Source of the DNA: Macrostomum lignano
Lineage: Eukaryota
Length of the DNA: 64,000 nt
Assembly: GCA_002269645.1 (NCBI GenBank)
Contig: NIVC01001296.1
Location: forward strand, 93,319 to 157,318
Direction: 5' to 3'
In this document: piece after piece, positions 51,251 to 63,180 of the stretch
Numbering within the stretch: the first letter of the stretch is position 1
Layout: every line of letters starts with the position of its first letter
Made by a program: the position numbers and the translations under genes
The notes under the pieces: model-generated
What the model saw: the letters and a program-made list of their open reading frames with translations, nothing else
The model's database searches: none
Told to the model about the DNA's origin: nothing

Positions 51251-52680
51251 ATGTCGGTCAGCCCCCACCAGCAACAGACGCCATCTACAAGGTAAGAATA
51301 TTACTGCCCACGGTCCACGGTTAATCCACGGCCTCCCGAAGGGTATTGGGGTTGTGGTAGCCTCTTGAGGGGTATTGTGGTTGTGAAAGCTTCCTGAAGG
51401 GGTATTGGGGTTGTGGAAGCTTCCTGAAGGGTTATTGGGGTTGTGGTAGCCTCCCGAAGGGTATTGGGGTTGTGGTAGCCTCCTGAAGGGTATTGGGGTT
51501 GTGGAAGCTTCCTGAAGGGTATTGGGGTTGTGGAAGCTTCCTGAAGGGTTATTGGGGTTGTGGTAGCCTCCCGAAGGGTTATTGGGGTTGTGGTAGCCTC
51601 CCGAAGGGTATTGGGGTTGTGGTAGCCTCCCGAAGGGTATTGGGGTTGTGGTAGCCTCCCGAAGGGTATTGGGGTTGTGGTAGCCTCCCGAAGGGTATTG
51701 GGGTTGTGGTAGCCTCCCGAAGGGTATTGGGGTTGTGGTAGCCTCCCGAAGGGTATTGGGGTTGTGGTAGCCTCCCGAAGGGTATTGGGGTTGTGGTAGC
51801 CTCCCGAAGGGTATTGGGGTTGTGGTAGCCTCCCGAAGGATCTTGAGACATCGAAGATATTGCGCACAGGATTTGCGAGTAGTATGTAAAGCACTTTCCA
51901 ACATTAATTGTACTGTTAGTACAAACGGATTTCGATAGCGCACTCGCCGCTCGGCTACTCTGCTCCCGTTCCAGCAGGCGCCCCAGAAGCAGCCTGGCGG
52001 CCAGCATCCTGGGCGCGCTGAAGCAGCCCGACGAGCGTCCGCAGCCAAACGGAGACGTCGGCGCTGATCACCGCCGTCCAGTGTCGGCAGCCGCGGCCTC
52101 CTACGTTAACGGCGGCACTCCCGACACTGCCAACAGTGTCAGCGCTAGCCGAGTGACCATTGTTAGCGACGGGGGCGGTGGAGGCGGCGGCAGCGGCGAC
52201 GGCGTCAGCGGAGGCAGAATTGGCGGCAGCAGTCGGGGGACGCTGCAGGAGCGCGACGAGCTGCTGCTGGACCGGGTGAAGCTGCTCGCCTGTTACTCCT
52301 TCGTGCTGCTGCACTCGGTGGTGTTGGTCGCGCTGGACGCCATCATGATGAAGCGCGGCTGCTCCGGCCTCCTAGGAGCTTCGTTCTTCGTTCTAGCGGC
52401 CACGCTGGCGTTGCTGCCGGCCTGCGCTCTGCTAGCCGCGTCGCAGCCTCGCTCGAGAGGCCGTCGCGCCCTCATCGGCCTCTGCTGCCTGTGGGGCCTG
52501 GTGCTGCTGGGCGACGCCGTGTGGGTCTGCCTCGTCTTCCCCTGGCTGGCTTCGGCCTGTGTTGGCACCGCGCTGATTGGCACAGTTGCCATCGGGCTGG
52601 TGTGCTGCCCCGCCTCGCTGGTCGCCTTCGTCATCCTGCACGGCTGGCTAGCCGTCTGCAAGCTGCCGCTCAGCGACTGA
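51251..52680 (+). CDS. Orphan multi-pass (about four TM) membrane protein, 248 aa; join(51251..51291,51975..52680)
   Basis: ATG at 51251 with an in-frame stop upstream. The phase-2 donor AG|GTAAGA matches the acceptor CCGTTCCAG|C. The C-terminal half has four Cys/Leu-rich hydrophobic segments. No family recognised. Confidence 0.7.
51339..51838. repeat. 29-bp intronic minisatellite (GGGTATTGGGGTTGTGGTAGCCTCCCGAA), about 17 copies
   Basis: Directly visible. The overlapping ORFs repeat every 29 aa. Confidence 0.95.
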
Positions 52681-52774
52681 GGTGGGCGGGCAGGCCCTCG
52701 ATGGGGTCTCAAGGGGGCGCCACTACTGGGCCAACTATACTTGCATGGTTGGAGCTGGTGCTGACCTCCGTGGA

Positions 52775-53270
52775 TCATGGAGGGTGCAGATCCTCTAGGG
52801 TCATGGAGGGTGCAGATCCTCTAGGGTTAAGGAGGGTGCTGATCCTCCAGGGTCATGGAGGGTCATATCCTCTAGGGTCATGGAGGGTGCTGGTCCTCTA
52901 GGGTAATGGAGGGTGCTGATCCTCCAGGGTCATGGAGGGTGCTGATTCTCTAGGGTCATCGAGGGTGCTGATCTTCTAGGGTCATGGAGGGTGCAGATCC
53001 TCTAGGGTCATGGAGGGTGCTGATCCTCTAGGGTCATGGAGGGTGCTGATCTTCTAGGGTCATGAAGGGTGCAGATCCTCTAGGGTCATGGAGGGTGCTG
53101 ATCCTCTAGGGTCATGGAGGGTGCTGATCTTCTAGGGTCATGAAGGGTGCAGATCCTCTAGGGTCATGGAGGGTGCTGATCCTCTAGGGTCATGGAGGGT
53201 GCTGATTCTCTAGGGTCATGGAGAGTGCTGATTCTTCAGGGTCATGGAGAGTGCTGATCCTCCTGGGTCA
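52775..53270. repeat. 26-bp minisatellite (GGGTCATGGAGGGTGCTGATCCTCTA), about 19 copies
   Basis: Directly visible, starting about 100 bp after the stop of the TM gene. Confidence 0.95.
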
Positions 53271-54214
53271 AATGTAGGAATGAAGGACTAGCAGGATAAA
53301 TTCAGTGCCCATATTGAGTGAAGGCAAAGTGATGGGAAGCTGACTAACACGCTCACTGCAACTGAACTGTTACGCTCGTATCAGTTTTTTTGAAGTTTTA
53401 ATTAAAAATGGATTATGATCTTTCACCCCCACAATTCACAATTTCAGATAAATCGCTTCTAACGCTTCTTCACGGTTCTGGCGTATCTTATAAATAGCAA
53501 ATGTACTTTATAGTTTTGAATGATGTTATTCATCTATCTAGATAAGTCAATGTGACCCTATAAAATGCATCAAAATGGACCAGTGAATGATTATTTTTTT
53601 GCAACCTCCTCAAAGAAATGCGGCACACCTGCGCCCACCCTGTAAAAAGCAGTCTCACTCGCTTGCTACTTATTTCTTTCAAAGCTAAAAAATCGATCTA
53701 CAAATTAAAGGTCACTGTAAAACATTCTCGACCTGAATTTGTCAATTGCCAGATATGAACAGATTAGTTTAATTTATAGCATATTTTTATTTGAATTTGT
53801 GTAAAAAAGCGGCAGGAAAAAGAGCAAAGCAAATAAATTTTAGGCTAGCAAAGCAAGCAGACAGGCAAACAGGTGTGCTAACAGCTGGTGCGGCAGCTGG
53901 TACTCTGCTATGCACAATTATTGACAGATATGCATATAGCTAACTATTAAAATATTACTAGAGTCCGATAAGCATTCACTAACAGTTTATAGCTAAATAA
54001 TTTAGAAAAAAATATTTGGCCTAACAACAGACAGTAAGTAATGCAGACAGTACACTTTTATGAAAAAAATTCAGGATTAATAAAATTGAATACAAAACTT
54101 GACATATAAATAAATGACTAAACGACAAGCCTCAAGGGATTTTTCTAATCTGAGAGTTTCCCTATTCAAAGTACATGTAGCTTGTAAATACGGAATTCCC
54201 CATTCTAAGTTGCT

Positions 54215-55320
54215 TATAGATACGGAATTCCTCCATCTAGGGAAGCTTATAGATACGGAATTCCCCCCCTATCTCGGAAAGTCTATACATACGAAATCCC
54301 CCCGTTCTCAGTAGCTTATAGATACGGAATTCCCCCCGTTCTAAGTAGCTTATAGATACGGAATTCTCTCCCCATTTTAAGTAGCTTAAAGATACGGAAT
54401 TCCCTCCCCATTTTAAGTAGCTTATAGATACGGAATCCCCCCGTTCTAAGTAGCTTATAAATACGGAATTCCCCCCGTTCTAATTAGCTTATAGATACGA
54501 AATTATCCCCGTTCTAAGTAGCTTATAAATACGGAATTCCCTCCCCGTTCTAAGTAGCTTATAAATACGGAATTCCCTCCCCCTTCTAAGTAGCTTATAA
54601 ATACGGAATCCCCTCCCCGTTCTAAGTAGCTTATAGATACGAAATTATCCCCGTTCTAAGTAGCTTATAGATACGAAATTATCCCCGTTCTAAGTAGCTT
54701 ATAGATACGAAATTCTCCCCGTTCTAAGTAGCTTATAAATACGGAATTCCCTTCCCGTTCTAAGTAGCTTATAAATACGGAATTCCCTCCCCCTTCTAAG
54801 TAGCTTATAAATACGGAATTCCCTCCCCCTTCTAAGTAGCTTATAAATACGGAATTCCCTCCCCCTTCTAAGTAGCTTATAAATACGGAATCCCCTCCCC
54901 GTTCTAAGTAGCTTATAGATACGAAATTATCCCCGTTCTAAGTAGCTTATAGATACGAAATTATCCCCGTTCTAAGTAGCTTATAGATACGAAATTCTCC
55001 CCGTTCTAAGTAGCTTATAAATACGGAATTCCCTTCCCGTTCTAAGTAGCTTATAAATACGGAATTCCCTCCCCCTTCTAAGTAGCTTATAAATACGGAA
55101 TTCCCTCCCCCTTCTAAGTAGCTTATAAATACGGAATTCCCTCCCCCTTCTAAGTAGCTTATAAATACGAAATTCTCCCCGTTCTCAGTAGCTTATAAAT
55201 ACGGAATTCTCCCCGTTCTAAGTAGCTTATAAATACAGAATTCCCCCATTTTAAATAGCTTATAGATACGGAATTCCCCCATCCAGAATAGCTTATACGA
55301 TATGGAATTCCCCCAACCTT
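54215..55320. repeat. 33-37-bp minisatellite (CTAAGTAGCTTATAAATACGGAATTCCCTCCCCGTT), about 31 copies
   Basis: Directly visible. Confidence 0.95.
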
Positions 55321-56382
55321 AGTGGTTTACAGATAAAGAATTCACTTTTTATCTACTAAAAGGAACAAAGATGATAAAAAGTGCCAAGAAATAAAGGAGC
55401 TGGTGCTTTAAACTCAATACCCTCCCATAAGAACAAGCAGCCATTTCATGGAAACTGCAATTGAAAATGCGTGTGCAAACATATAGAAATGCACTGCATT
55501 GTGCAAATATTAGTACGAAAAAATGATTTTTAAAAAATTATTTACATTTTAAATTTTTGCTCAACACAAACACACAGACAGAATTGCACTAAATAACTTT
55601 AAATACATCACTAACAATGTAACAATAAATAATAGATAGAAATTGCACAAGCGGACTTGAGTCGCACAAATTACATTTTAGACGCAATTTTAAAACAAAA
55701 AAAACTTGCTATGACAAGAATACTTAAAACAGGCAGAGAAAAAGCAGCAGAGCAGAGAGGTGAAAGACTTTGCTAAAAAACATGAAGAAGAATGGCAGAA
55801 ATTGAATAAAAAGAACATGACTGATGCCGGACAGAGCAAATGCAGCAAATGTTTGTTAAAAACCTGTCAGTACAGTTGGATCTCTGATCTGCTACAGCTG
55901 TATTAAATATAATACCGAATTCGATTACATGAGATTATATATATACTCATATATATATATACACATTTAAACACACCGCCATTAAAGTGTTCGTGGCAGC
56001 AACAAAAATTGAAATTATTAAAAACAGCACACAGACAAATATAAACATGCTCAGTAGATTTGCGAAATTAAAGGAACTGTCTTGAGAAGATAAGACTAGA
56101 CTGAAATATTAGTTGCTTGAGGAAAAACCATGGAAAGTCCGTGGAAAATCCACGCCCGACAAAATTTATTTTGTAAAGCGAAATGGCAAACATATCGGAA
56201 TAGTAGATTGACTAAATTTCTCCAATATTTTCCCACTCCACCTGGATACATTGTGCATTTATGGAGTGCAGAGGGCACTTATGGAACAACCCATTTACTT
56301 GAGGAAAAACCATGGAAAAACCATGAAATACCCGCAGGAATGCATTGTCAAGAAATCATTTAACTCGTTGTAGATTCAATGT

Positions 56383-59300
56383 TCAGTTAGTTGCCGAAGG
56401 CGCCCAACTGTGACGCAATGGCAGCCGCAGGGTCAGGCGCTCGCGAACGCATCCGGCAGCGTCGCTATTACCGCCGCCGCCGCCGCCACCTTCAATCGAC
56501 AATCGACTCCGTTTGTGCCGGTTCTGGCTGTCAGCATTGCAGCTGGCGCCACTGTTCAGCTCGGAGCTGCCGGCTTGCGCCGCGGCTGATGCTGCAGACT
56601 TTCTACGACTAGAAGACTTCGACTTGCGTTTCTTTGATTGCCGCCTCGACTGCTTGCCGACTGCCTCATCGTTTGCAGAGGCTTCGGCGGTTTTCTTCTG
56701 CCGCTTGCTTTTGCCACCGCTTGACTCGGACTTTTGGCTAGCTTCGCCAGTTGATGGCGGAGTGGCCGACCCAGCTGCCGGCGCCAATCCCAGCGACCTC
56801 AAATTCAATCGGATTTTGAGACCGCCGCCGCCGCTAACAGCTGACGATGCCGATGGACCGGCGCAGGTCGGCTCCGGCGGAGTCGACGCTGCCGGAACAG
56901 CTGCGGTGACGACCTGCGGCTTCTGCGGTGATCGGATTGGTCGAATTTTGATCTTCAGTCGTCTGGCAGGAGTCGACACGGCTGCGGGCGACGGCTGCTC
57001 CTCCAGCTGGGACGGAGTCAAAGTTGCGGCCGACGTGGCGGCAGCAGCCATTGCTCGACGCTTCTCTTTTAGAAGCAATTTTAACGGCTTCTTTGGCGAA
57101 TACTTTGCTGCTACAGTGGAAGCCGGCGACACGAATCGTTTGGACGGACTTGACTGGCTAGCCTGACACTGCGGCACCAGGTCGAACTGCCGAGGCTTCT
57201 CGTAGTTGCACTTCAATGCCGCCTTCGACAGCCGAGGGGGCGGTCGGAACTCTTCAACAGGGGGGAGCGGCAGCGGCGACTCGGCAACGATTCTGTCCAG
57301 CGTAGGCGGCGCCGCGTCGACCTCCTCGTTAGCGAAGTTATCGTCGCCGTCGCGTTCACAGTTGAATGTTTCGACGGCCTCGGTGGCCGACTGGACAATT
57401 TGGCGGGCTAGACAGGCCAGCGATGGTGCCGACAGATCGCCGCCGGAGCCGGAGGATGAAGATGAGGTGGACAAAGACCTGGCGCCAGGCTCCATGTGCA
57501 GCACAGGCGGAGGCGGCGCCTCATCCTGCACACTACTGACTCCAGCTGTGCCGGACGTCTCCAGAGACTCCGTGGCGCTGAGCATCGCCTTCACCAGTGT
57601 GTCAATCAGCGGCGAAGCAACCTCGCAGTCGCTGTCGCTACTATTAGCGCCGTCTTTCTCGTTCTCGTAGTCGTCGTAGTCGTCAACAAAAGTCGACGAG
57701 GGCCCAGTAGACGGCGGGCATTGGTCGGACGAGGCCGACGGCGGCGCCGATGACCCGGTCGAGACAGACGCCATGGACACAACAGCGGGCGCCGCCACCA
57801 TTGACGACAGGGTGCAGCAGGGAGCCGGCGACGGCTGAGGCTCGGGCTCCGAGATTGGGCTGTAGGCGGCGGCAGCGGGGCTGGGGCAGCACCGGTCGAC
57901 AGAAGCTGGCGGAGGAGCCTCGAGCGACGGGGACGGAGACGGAGCCGGTGACAGCACGGGCGGTGGCAGGTCGTCGGCGCTGTCGCAGCAAACGGCATCC
58001 TCGGTAGTCAGCGTCTGATTGCCGCCTGCATCTCCGTCATCGGCGCAGTCGCAGTCGGAGGCAGCGGTGGCTGGAACTGTGCTGGCCGTGGACGCAAGCG
58101 AGTTTGGCGTGGCGGCCAGACGCGGCGGCGGAGACGCCGGGAACTGCAACGGCGGGCAGCAGCGGAGAAGATCGGGCGGGTCGCGAAGCGCATAGCTCAG
58201 AGCCATCGCGGCAGTCAGCACCGAGCCGGCTGTTGGCGTGTTCAGCGTGTCATCCTGAGGCGGCCGAGGCGGCTGCTGCTGCTGCTGCTGCGATTCTGTC
58301 GGCGGCGTTACATGCTGCTGTTCGCTCTGCTGCTGTTCGACAACCCCTGTTGCCAAATTTGGTTGCGATGTCAGCCGAGGTGGCGGCGGAGTCGCAGCAG
58401 AAGAGGCAGCCGTGTCAGCTTCGGTTTCTGGCCCGGGATGGAGCACCGAGAAGAAATCGTCCAGCACCAGGGACTGGCAGCTGGATACAACGCCGCCGCC
58501 GCCGCCGTTGTGTTCATTGTTGGCTGCACGGTCGTCCGCAGCGATTTCGTCAGCTTCGTCGTTGGCACTATCTACTAAGTCGATGGGCATGGCCGGCAGG
58601 TCGGAGGTCCAGCAGTCTAGGAAAGCCGTTGCACACTCGGTTGAAGCGACCTGGGCCGTTGATGCCGCCGAGGCCGACTGCTCAGATTCCGGATGCAGCA
58701 CACACGGCAGCGGACTTGTCGGCCGGTCGCGCAGCGTCTCCGACAGCACCCGATTGCAGGTTGGCGCGGCCGACAGCTGGGCTGCTACCGGCGCATCAGG
58801 CGGAAGCTGCTGCTCCAGAATTGGTGGCGGCGGCTGTGACGGTGGCGGCGGCGGGGCCTCCAGCGTAGCGAACTGCAGACAGTCGTTCCAAGACTCTACA
58901 AACGAATCGCTGAACAGAAGCTTCTCGGCTGATTCAACGGGATCAACAGCTTCGACAATGGAATCGTCAACTACGATGACTTTGTCTTCGATTGCAGCCT
59001 GATTGCTTGGCGCGGCTGCTTCTTCAACAGATTCGGCTGGCGTTGCTGGCGGCTGGCTGGGCGCGCCGGCAGACGAGGAGTCCGGCTTCACCGGGGCTGC
59101 CGTGGAGGCATCATCAGCTGCTGCTGCTGCGCCGGAATTCAGCGACTGATCGAATAGCTTCAAAAATGAATCATCGGCCGCTAATACCGGCGTCTGCGGC
59201 CGATCATTAGTTGCTAGGCTAGCCGGGGTTGCGACCTCATCCTCAAGTTTGCAACAGTTTGGCTGAGCTGGCACTACCTGCTGCTCAGCTAGCAGGCCTA

Positions 59301-60240
59301 GTTCAGTTAGTAGAGAATTATCATTGCACTCGGCGGCTTCAACACTGCTATCAACATTTGGCACCTGTTCCGGCTGCTGTTGCTGCTGCTGCTGCTGAAC
59401 TGCAGGCTGAGGCAAGGCTGGACTGGGCTGGGGCGCGAGCGCCTCTGTCACGTCGCCAAGATGCAGTCCCGCCTCCTGGCAGGCCATCAACAGGAGGTCC
59501 TGTCCGCCAGGCGATTGACTGTCAGTTCGGCGTAGCAGATTAGAATCCGACAGACTGTGACACAGCGGATGCGGCTTGGATACTGGGATGGGAACCGATG
59601 GTTTAGCAGCTGGCGCTTTCTTCTTGCTCTTCTTTGATTTGCTTGTTGGCGCGGCAACCGTCGCTGCCACCGTCGCCGTCGCCGCCGCTACCGGTGCTGT
59701 TGAACAGTCGTCAACAAAGACAGCGCCAGCCGGGCTGAAAAACAGGCCGCCAGCGCCGGCGGCTGCGGGAGCGAATAGCGCGGCGCCAGCAGTCATTAGA
59801 TGGGGCGGCAGTTGGAAGGCTTGAAATGTGCAGCTAGCCGGTCGGGTTAGCGTGTGATGCGCCGCCGGCACAGACAGGGCCGCAGTTGTAGTTGTCGGTA
59901 GAACTGCAGCCGCAGGCAGTGGCTTGGGCTGCAGAGGAGCATTTGCGGAAACTTTTGGCACCAGCGGCCTTGGCATGATGGAGCGGGGAGGCAGGCGCCT
60001 GCCAGACTGCTGCTGCTGACTCCCATTGGCTAGAGTAGCTGGCACAGAGCCGGCTGAAGTAGTGGATGATACCGTATTAGTTCCAATAGTGCTGCTGACT
60101 GCTATGATATGCTGTTGCTGCTGTGCAGGCTGGGCAATAGTAAATCCGGCTGGTAGAAATGCCGGACCAGACTGCAGCACAAATTGGATTTGGCCACCAC
60201 TGCTGGCGCTGGTGCCAATGGGACCGCTGCACATCTCCAT
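56383..60240 (-). CDS. 1285-aa low-complexity (Ala/Pro/Ser/Gln, acidic middle, basic C-terminus) protein, probably nuclear and largely disordered
   Basis: 3.86-kb uninterrupted, non-repetitive, GC-rich ORF in AT-rich surroundings. NLS-like runs KSKKSKKK and RRQSKKRKSK. No globular domain recognised. Confidence 0.85.
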   Translation of the reverse strand: MEMCSGPIGTSASSGGQIQFVLQSGPAFLPAGFTIAQPAQQQQHIIAVSSTIGTNTVSSTTSAGSVPATLANGSQQQQSGRRLPPRSIMPRPLVPKVSANAPLQPKPLPAAAVLPTTTTAALSVPAAHHTLTRPASCTFQAFQLPPHLMTAGAALFAPAAAGAGGLFFSPAGAVFVDDCSTAPVAAATATVAATVAAPTSKSKKSKKKAPAAKPSVPIPVSKPHPLCHSLSDSNLLRRTDSQSPGGQDLLLMACQEAGLHLGDVTEALAPQPSPALPQPAVQQQQQQQQPEQVPNVDSSVEAAECNDNSLLTELGLLAEQQVVPAQPNCCKLEDEVATPASLATNDRPQTPVLAADDSFLKLFDQSLNSGAAAAADDASTAAPVKPDSSSAGAPSQPPATPAESVEEAAAPSNQAAIEDKVIVVDDSIVEAVDPVESAEKLLFSDSFVESWNDCLQFATLEAPPPPPSQPPPPILEQQLPPDAPVAAQLSAAPTCNRVLSETLRDRPTSPLPCVLHPESEQSASAASTAQVASTECATAFLDCWTSDLPAMPIDLVDSANDEADEIAADDRAANNEHNGGGGGVVSSCQSLVLDDFFSVLHPGPETEADTAASSAATPPPPRLTSQPNLATGVVEQQQSEQQHVTPPTESQQQQQQPPRPPQDDTLNTPTAGSVLTAAMALSYALRDPPDLLRCCPPLQFPASPPPRLAATPNSLASTASTVPATAASDCDCADDGDAGGNQTLTTEDAVCCDSADDLPPPVLSPAPSPSPSLEAPPPASVDRCCPSPAAAAYSPISEPEPQPSPAPCCTLSSMVAAPAVVSMASVSTGSSAPPSASSDQCPPSTGPSSTFVDDYDDYENEKDGANSSDSDCEVASPLIDTLVKAMLSATESLETSGTAGVSSVQDEAPPPPVLHMEPGARSLSTSSSSSGSGGDLSAPSLACLARQIVQSATEAVETFNCERDGDDNFANEEVDAAPPTLDRIVAESPLPLPPVEEFRPPPRLSKAALKCNYEKPRQFDLVPQCQASQSSPSKRFVSPASTVAAKYSPKKPLKLLLKEKRRAMAAAATSAATLTPSQLEEQPSPAAVSTPARRLKIKIRPIRSPQKPQVVTAAVPAASTPPEPTCAGPSASSAVSGGGGLKIRLNLRSLGLAPAAGSATPPSTGEASQKSESSGGKSKRQKKTAEASANDEAVGKQSRRQSKKRKSKSSSRRKSAASAAAQAGSSELNSGASCNADSQNRHKRSRLSIEGGGGGGGNSDAAGCVRERLTLRLPLRHSWAPSATN

Positions 60241-62868
60241 GATTAACTGTCTTCAAATTCAATTTAACCAATGCCTATAATGCATTAGATGACTGCATGG
60301 CAAATATTGGCACAGCAATTGTGCAATTCATCATGAAAGACAGTGGCATGTATTAATATAAAAGTAACTGCTCTATGATACTCAAAAGAAAAGACTAATA
60401 TTATTATGAATTTATCTGTTTTTAGAATAAAAAATATAAGTATTGGGCTAAAAATATTATAGGGATTGCTAGAACTATTCAAAAGTATCAGAAATTTTAT
60501 AAGTATTATAAAATCCTATGATTTTGACTTTGATCTTTGACTTTGACTTTGAGTGACTTAGTTTTGTCATGATTTGCAACTTAGTTCCTCCCAATTGCAA
60601 TTTAGTTCCTCCCATTTTTGTAACCTAATTTTCATTTTTTATATGACTTTTCTTGCCTTTTTCTCTTTTCTTTTCTTTCTCTTTCTCTCTCCTCTTCCCT
60701 TTCTTTTCCTTTTCTTTTCCTCTCCTTTTTCTTCCCTAATTTTTCATTCTTTGCATTTTTCATTTTGTGACTTACCTTGCCTAGTGGCCATTTCACCCAT
60801 CCAGTTTGGATGGGTCAGATGGGTGTTGGGCATGTATAGGGCCTATAGTCATTATTATTTACTATTAAGGGTTAAGCAAGTTTGAAATATCTAGTCTAGT
60901 GTGATTATAAAAAATTAAAATAACAATGCAACACCACTATTTATTTTACTTTTTAACTTTTGAATGTAAAAAAACTAAAAAGTCAATTTATTACCTATTA
61001 ACTTACTGACTTTGCAATTTATTCAATATACTTTTATTATTTAAGTTGTTATCTACTAATACTAAGGCATTTAAAACAAGAAGGCAACAAAAATTCTACT
61101 ATTAATACAACTTGCAATGAATTTATAGGATCAATAAGGAAAATTACAAATAAAAAAGTAACTATTATTCATTATGTTATATATTGGTCTAAATAAAATG
61201 TTATTATTATATTTAATGCTATTAAATATAAACTATTACTATCATACAAATTTGTATTAATGTTTGATTTTTATAGACCAAATAGAAAAGTTATATTTGA
61301 AATGAAAAGAAAGTTTAAAGAAATCATAATTATAATGATCATATCTAACCCCTATCAAGTTATAATTTTTATCTACTTGCCACTTAGTTTTCTTGTTTAT
61401 AATAGACCTACTTTAGTAATTAGAAGAATAGTATATATAACACCCTGCCAAGCTAACTAATCTAATTGGCTAGCGAGGGGCTCAGCCAAGTTAAGTTACA
61501 AAAATGCCTGCCTGGAAAATAGATGTTGCACTAATTAGATAATGAGGCATTTAGCCTTAGCTTTATACAATTATAATTACTCAATGTCATTTAGGCCTAT
61601 ACAAATTTACATTCATTTTTGCTTACATTTTTTCATATGCCTAGGTAAGTAATATTTTGGTAAAAAAATTGCATAGCTAGTATAAATCAAAGGGTTATAC
61701 ATGCATATTGTATATAGAAAATAGTAAATTTGTATATATAATATAAGATATATGAACTATGTTAAACAAAAATTCTCTAGATAAGAAAATCCTAGATAAG
61801 ATCTTTCAGCAATCTTTTGGATGACAGTCACTAAGTGAAGTGACAATCACTTTAAAAATGTTTTGAATAAAAAATAAAGCTTGGAAGCTCTTAAAGCAAT
61901 ATAATAAACTATTTCTAGATATATAAAATTTTGACTTCATGGAACAAATGATCCTAGCACTTGTATATTCTAGCACCTTGTATATTATATCTATTTTAGA
62001 TAAGAATCATTTAAATATGAAAACTGCATTAAAATTATTATCTTCCACAACTATAGCACTTCTGGTCAATTTTGCTAATTTCAAATAGTCACAGAACCAT
62101 ATATCTTTTTTATAAATAAACATCTTGTATACTGTTTCAGCTTTAGAAGACAATCATTTAAATACAAAAATTGGCTTCAAATGATTGTGTTCCAAAACTA
62201 TAGCATCTCACTTAAAAGGCCTCCCTTTCTACTTTATATATAGTACAAAGAAAATGGTTCAAAAAAGATGATTGAAAGGGGTTATAAAGCAAAATATGTA
62301 TTGTGGCACTCTTCCCTTAATTTTGGAAGATGATCATTTTAATGCTACTAATATGTACAAATGATTAACAAAAGATAGTGCTTACATTTGTGGAATACTA
62401 ATTGTTTGCTAGAATAATGATAAAATGTTATTTTTTAGTTTGTAGTTTTGGAACACAATCATTTGCATGTAAAAGTTCCATTTAAAAGATTGCCTTGCAA
62501 AACTAAATATATACACTATAGGCTGATTGCATTTTTGTTTAAATAACTTTTTAATTTATAAAAAATTGTGGTTTCTTTAGTTTGAACAAAATAGAAAAAA
62601 GATTTAATGGTAATCATTTACAAAAACTAATATATTTAGAAATGATCTTTATTCAAAAGATTGCCTATGATCTATAGGTATAAGACCAAGATAGCCACAA
62701 CATTGAATCTCTATTATATCTATTTTTTTACCATTAATTAGCAACTTAAAAGCTATTATTATATTAATTATTAATATTATATTTATTTAATCACATTCAT
62801 AAATGTTCATAAATTTATAACTGTAATCTTTTTAATGCTTGCACCAATTTTTCCGTATTATTACATCT

Positions 62869-63180
62869 ATCAAATCTATTTCTATCAATTTATCAAGAAA
62901 CTATTGCTAATGCCTAGTGGTAATGCTATATAAAATGAGATAAATATGCAAAATATATTTATTTTATGCTAAGGCGAGGCTACTTGCTTTTGTAATGAAT
63001 AAATATCTAGATAGATAGGTCATCAAATCTATTTCTATCAATTTATCAAGAAACCATTGCTAATGCCTAGTGGTAATGCTATAAAAATTAGGTAAATATG
63101 CAAAATATATTTATTTTATGCTAAGGCTAGGCTAGGCCCTACTTGCTTTTTTAATGAATAAATATCTAGATAGATAGGTC
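62869..63180. repeat. 153-bp tandem duplication (2 copies)
   Basis: ATCAAATCTATTTCTATCAATTTATCAAG... begins at 62869 and again at 63022. Confidence 0.9.

Noticed and set aside
56391-60280. Numerous plus-strand and alternative-frame ORFs
   Set aside because: They are shadows of the GC-rich 1285-aa minus-strand CDS. The same applies to ORFs overlapping the RT and SH3 genes.
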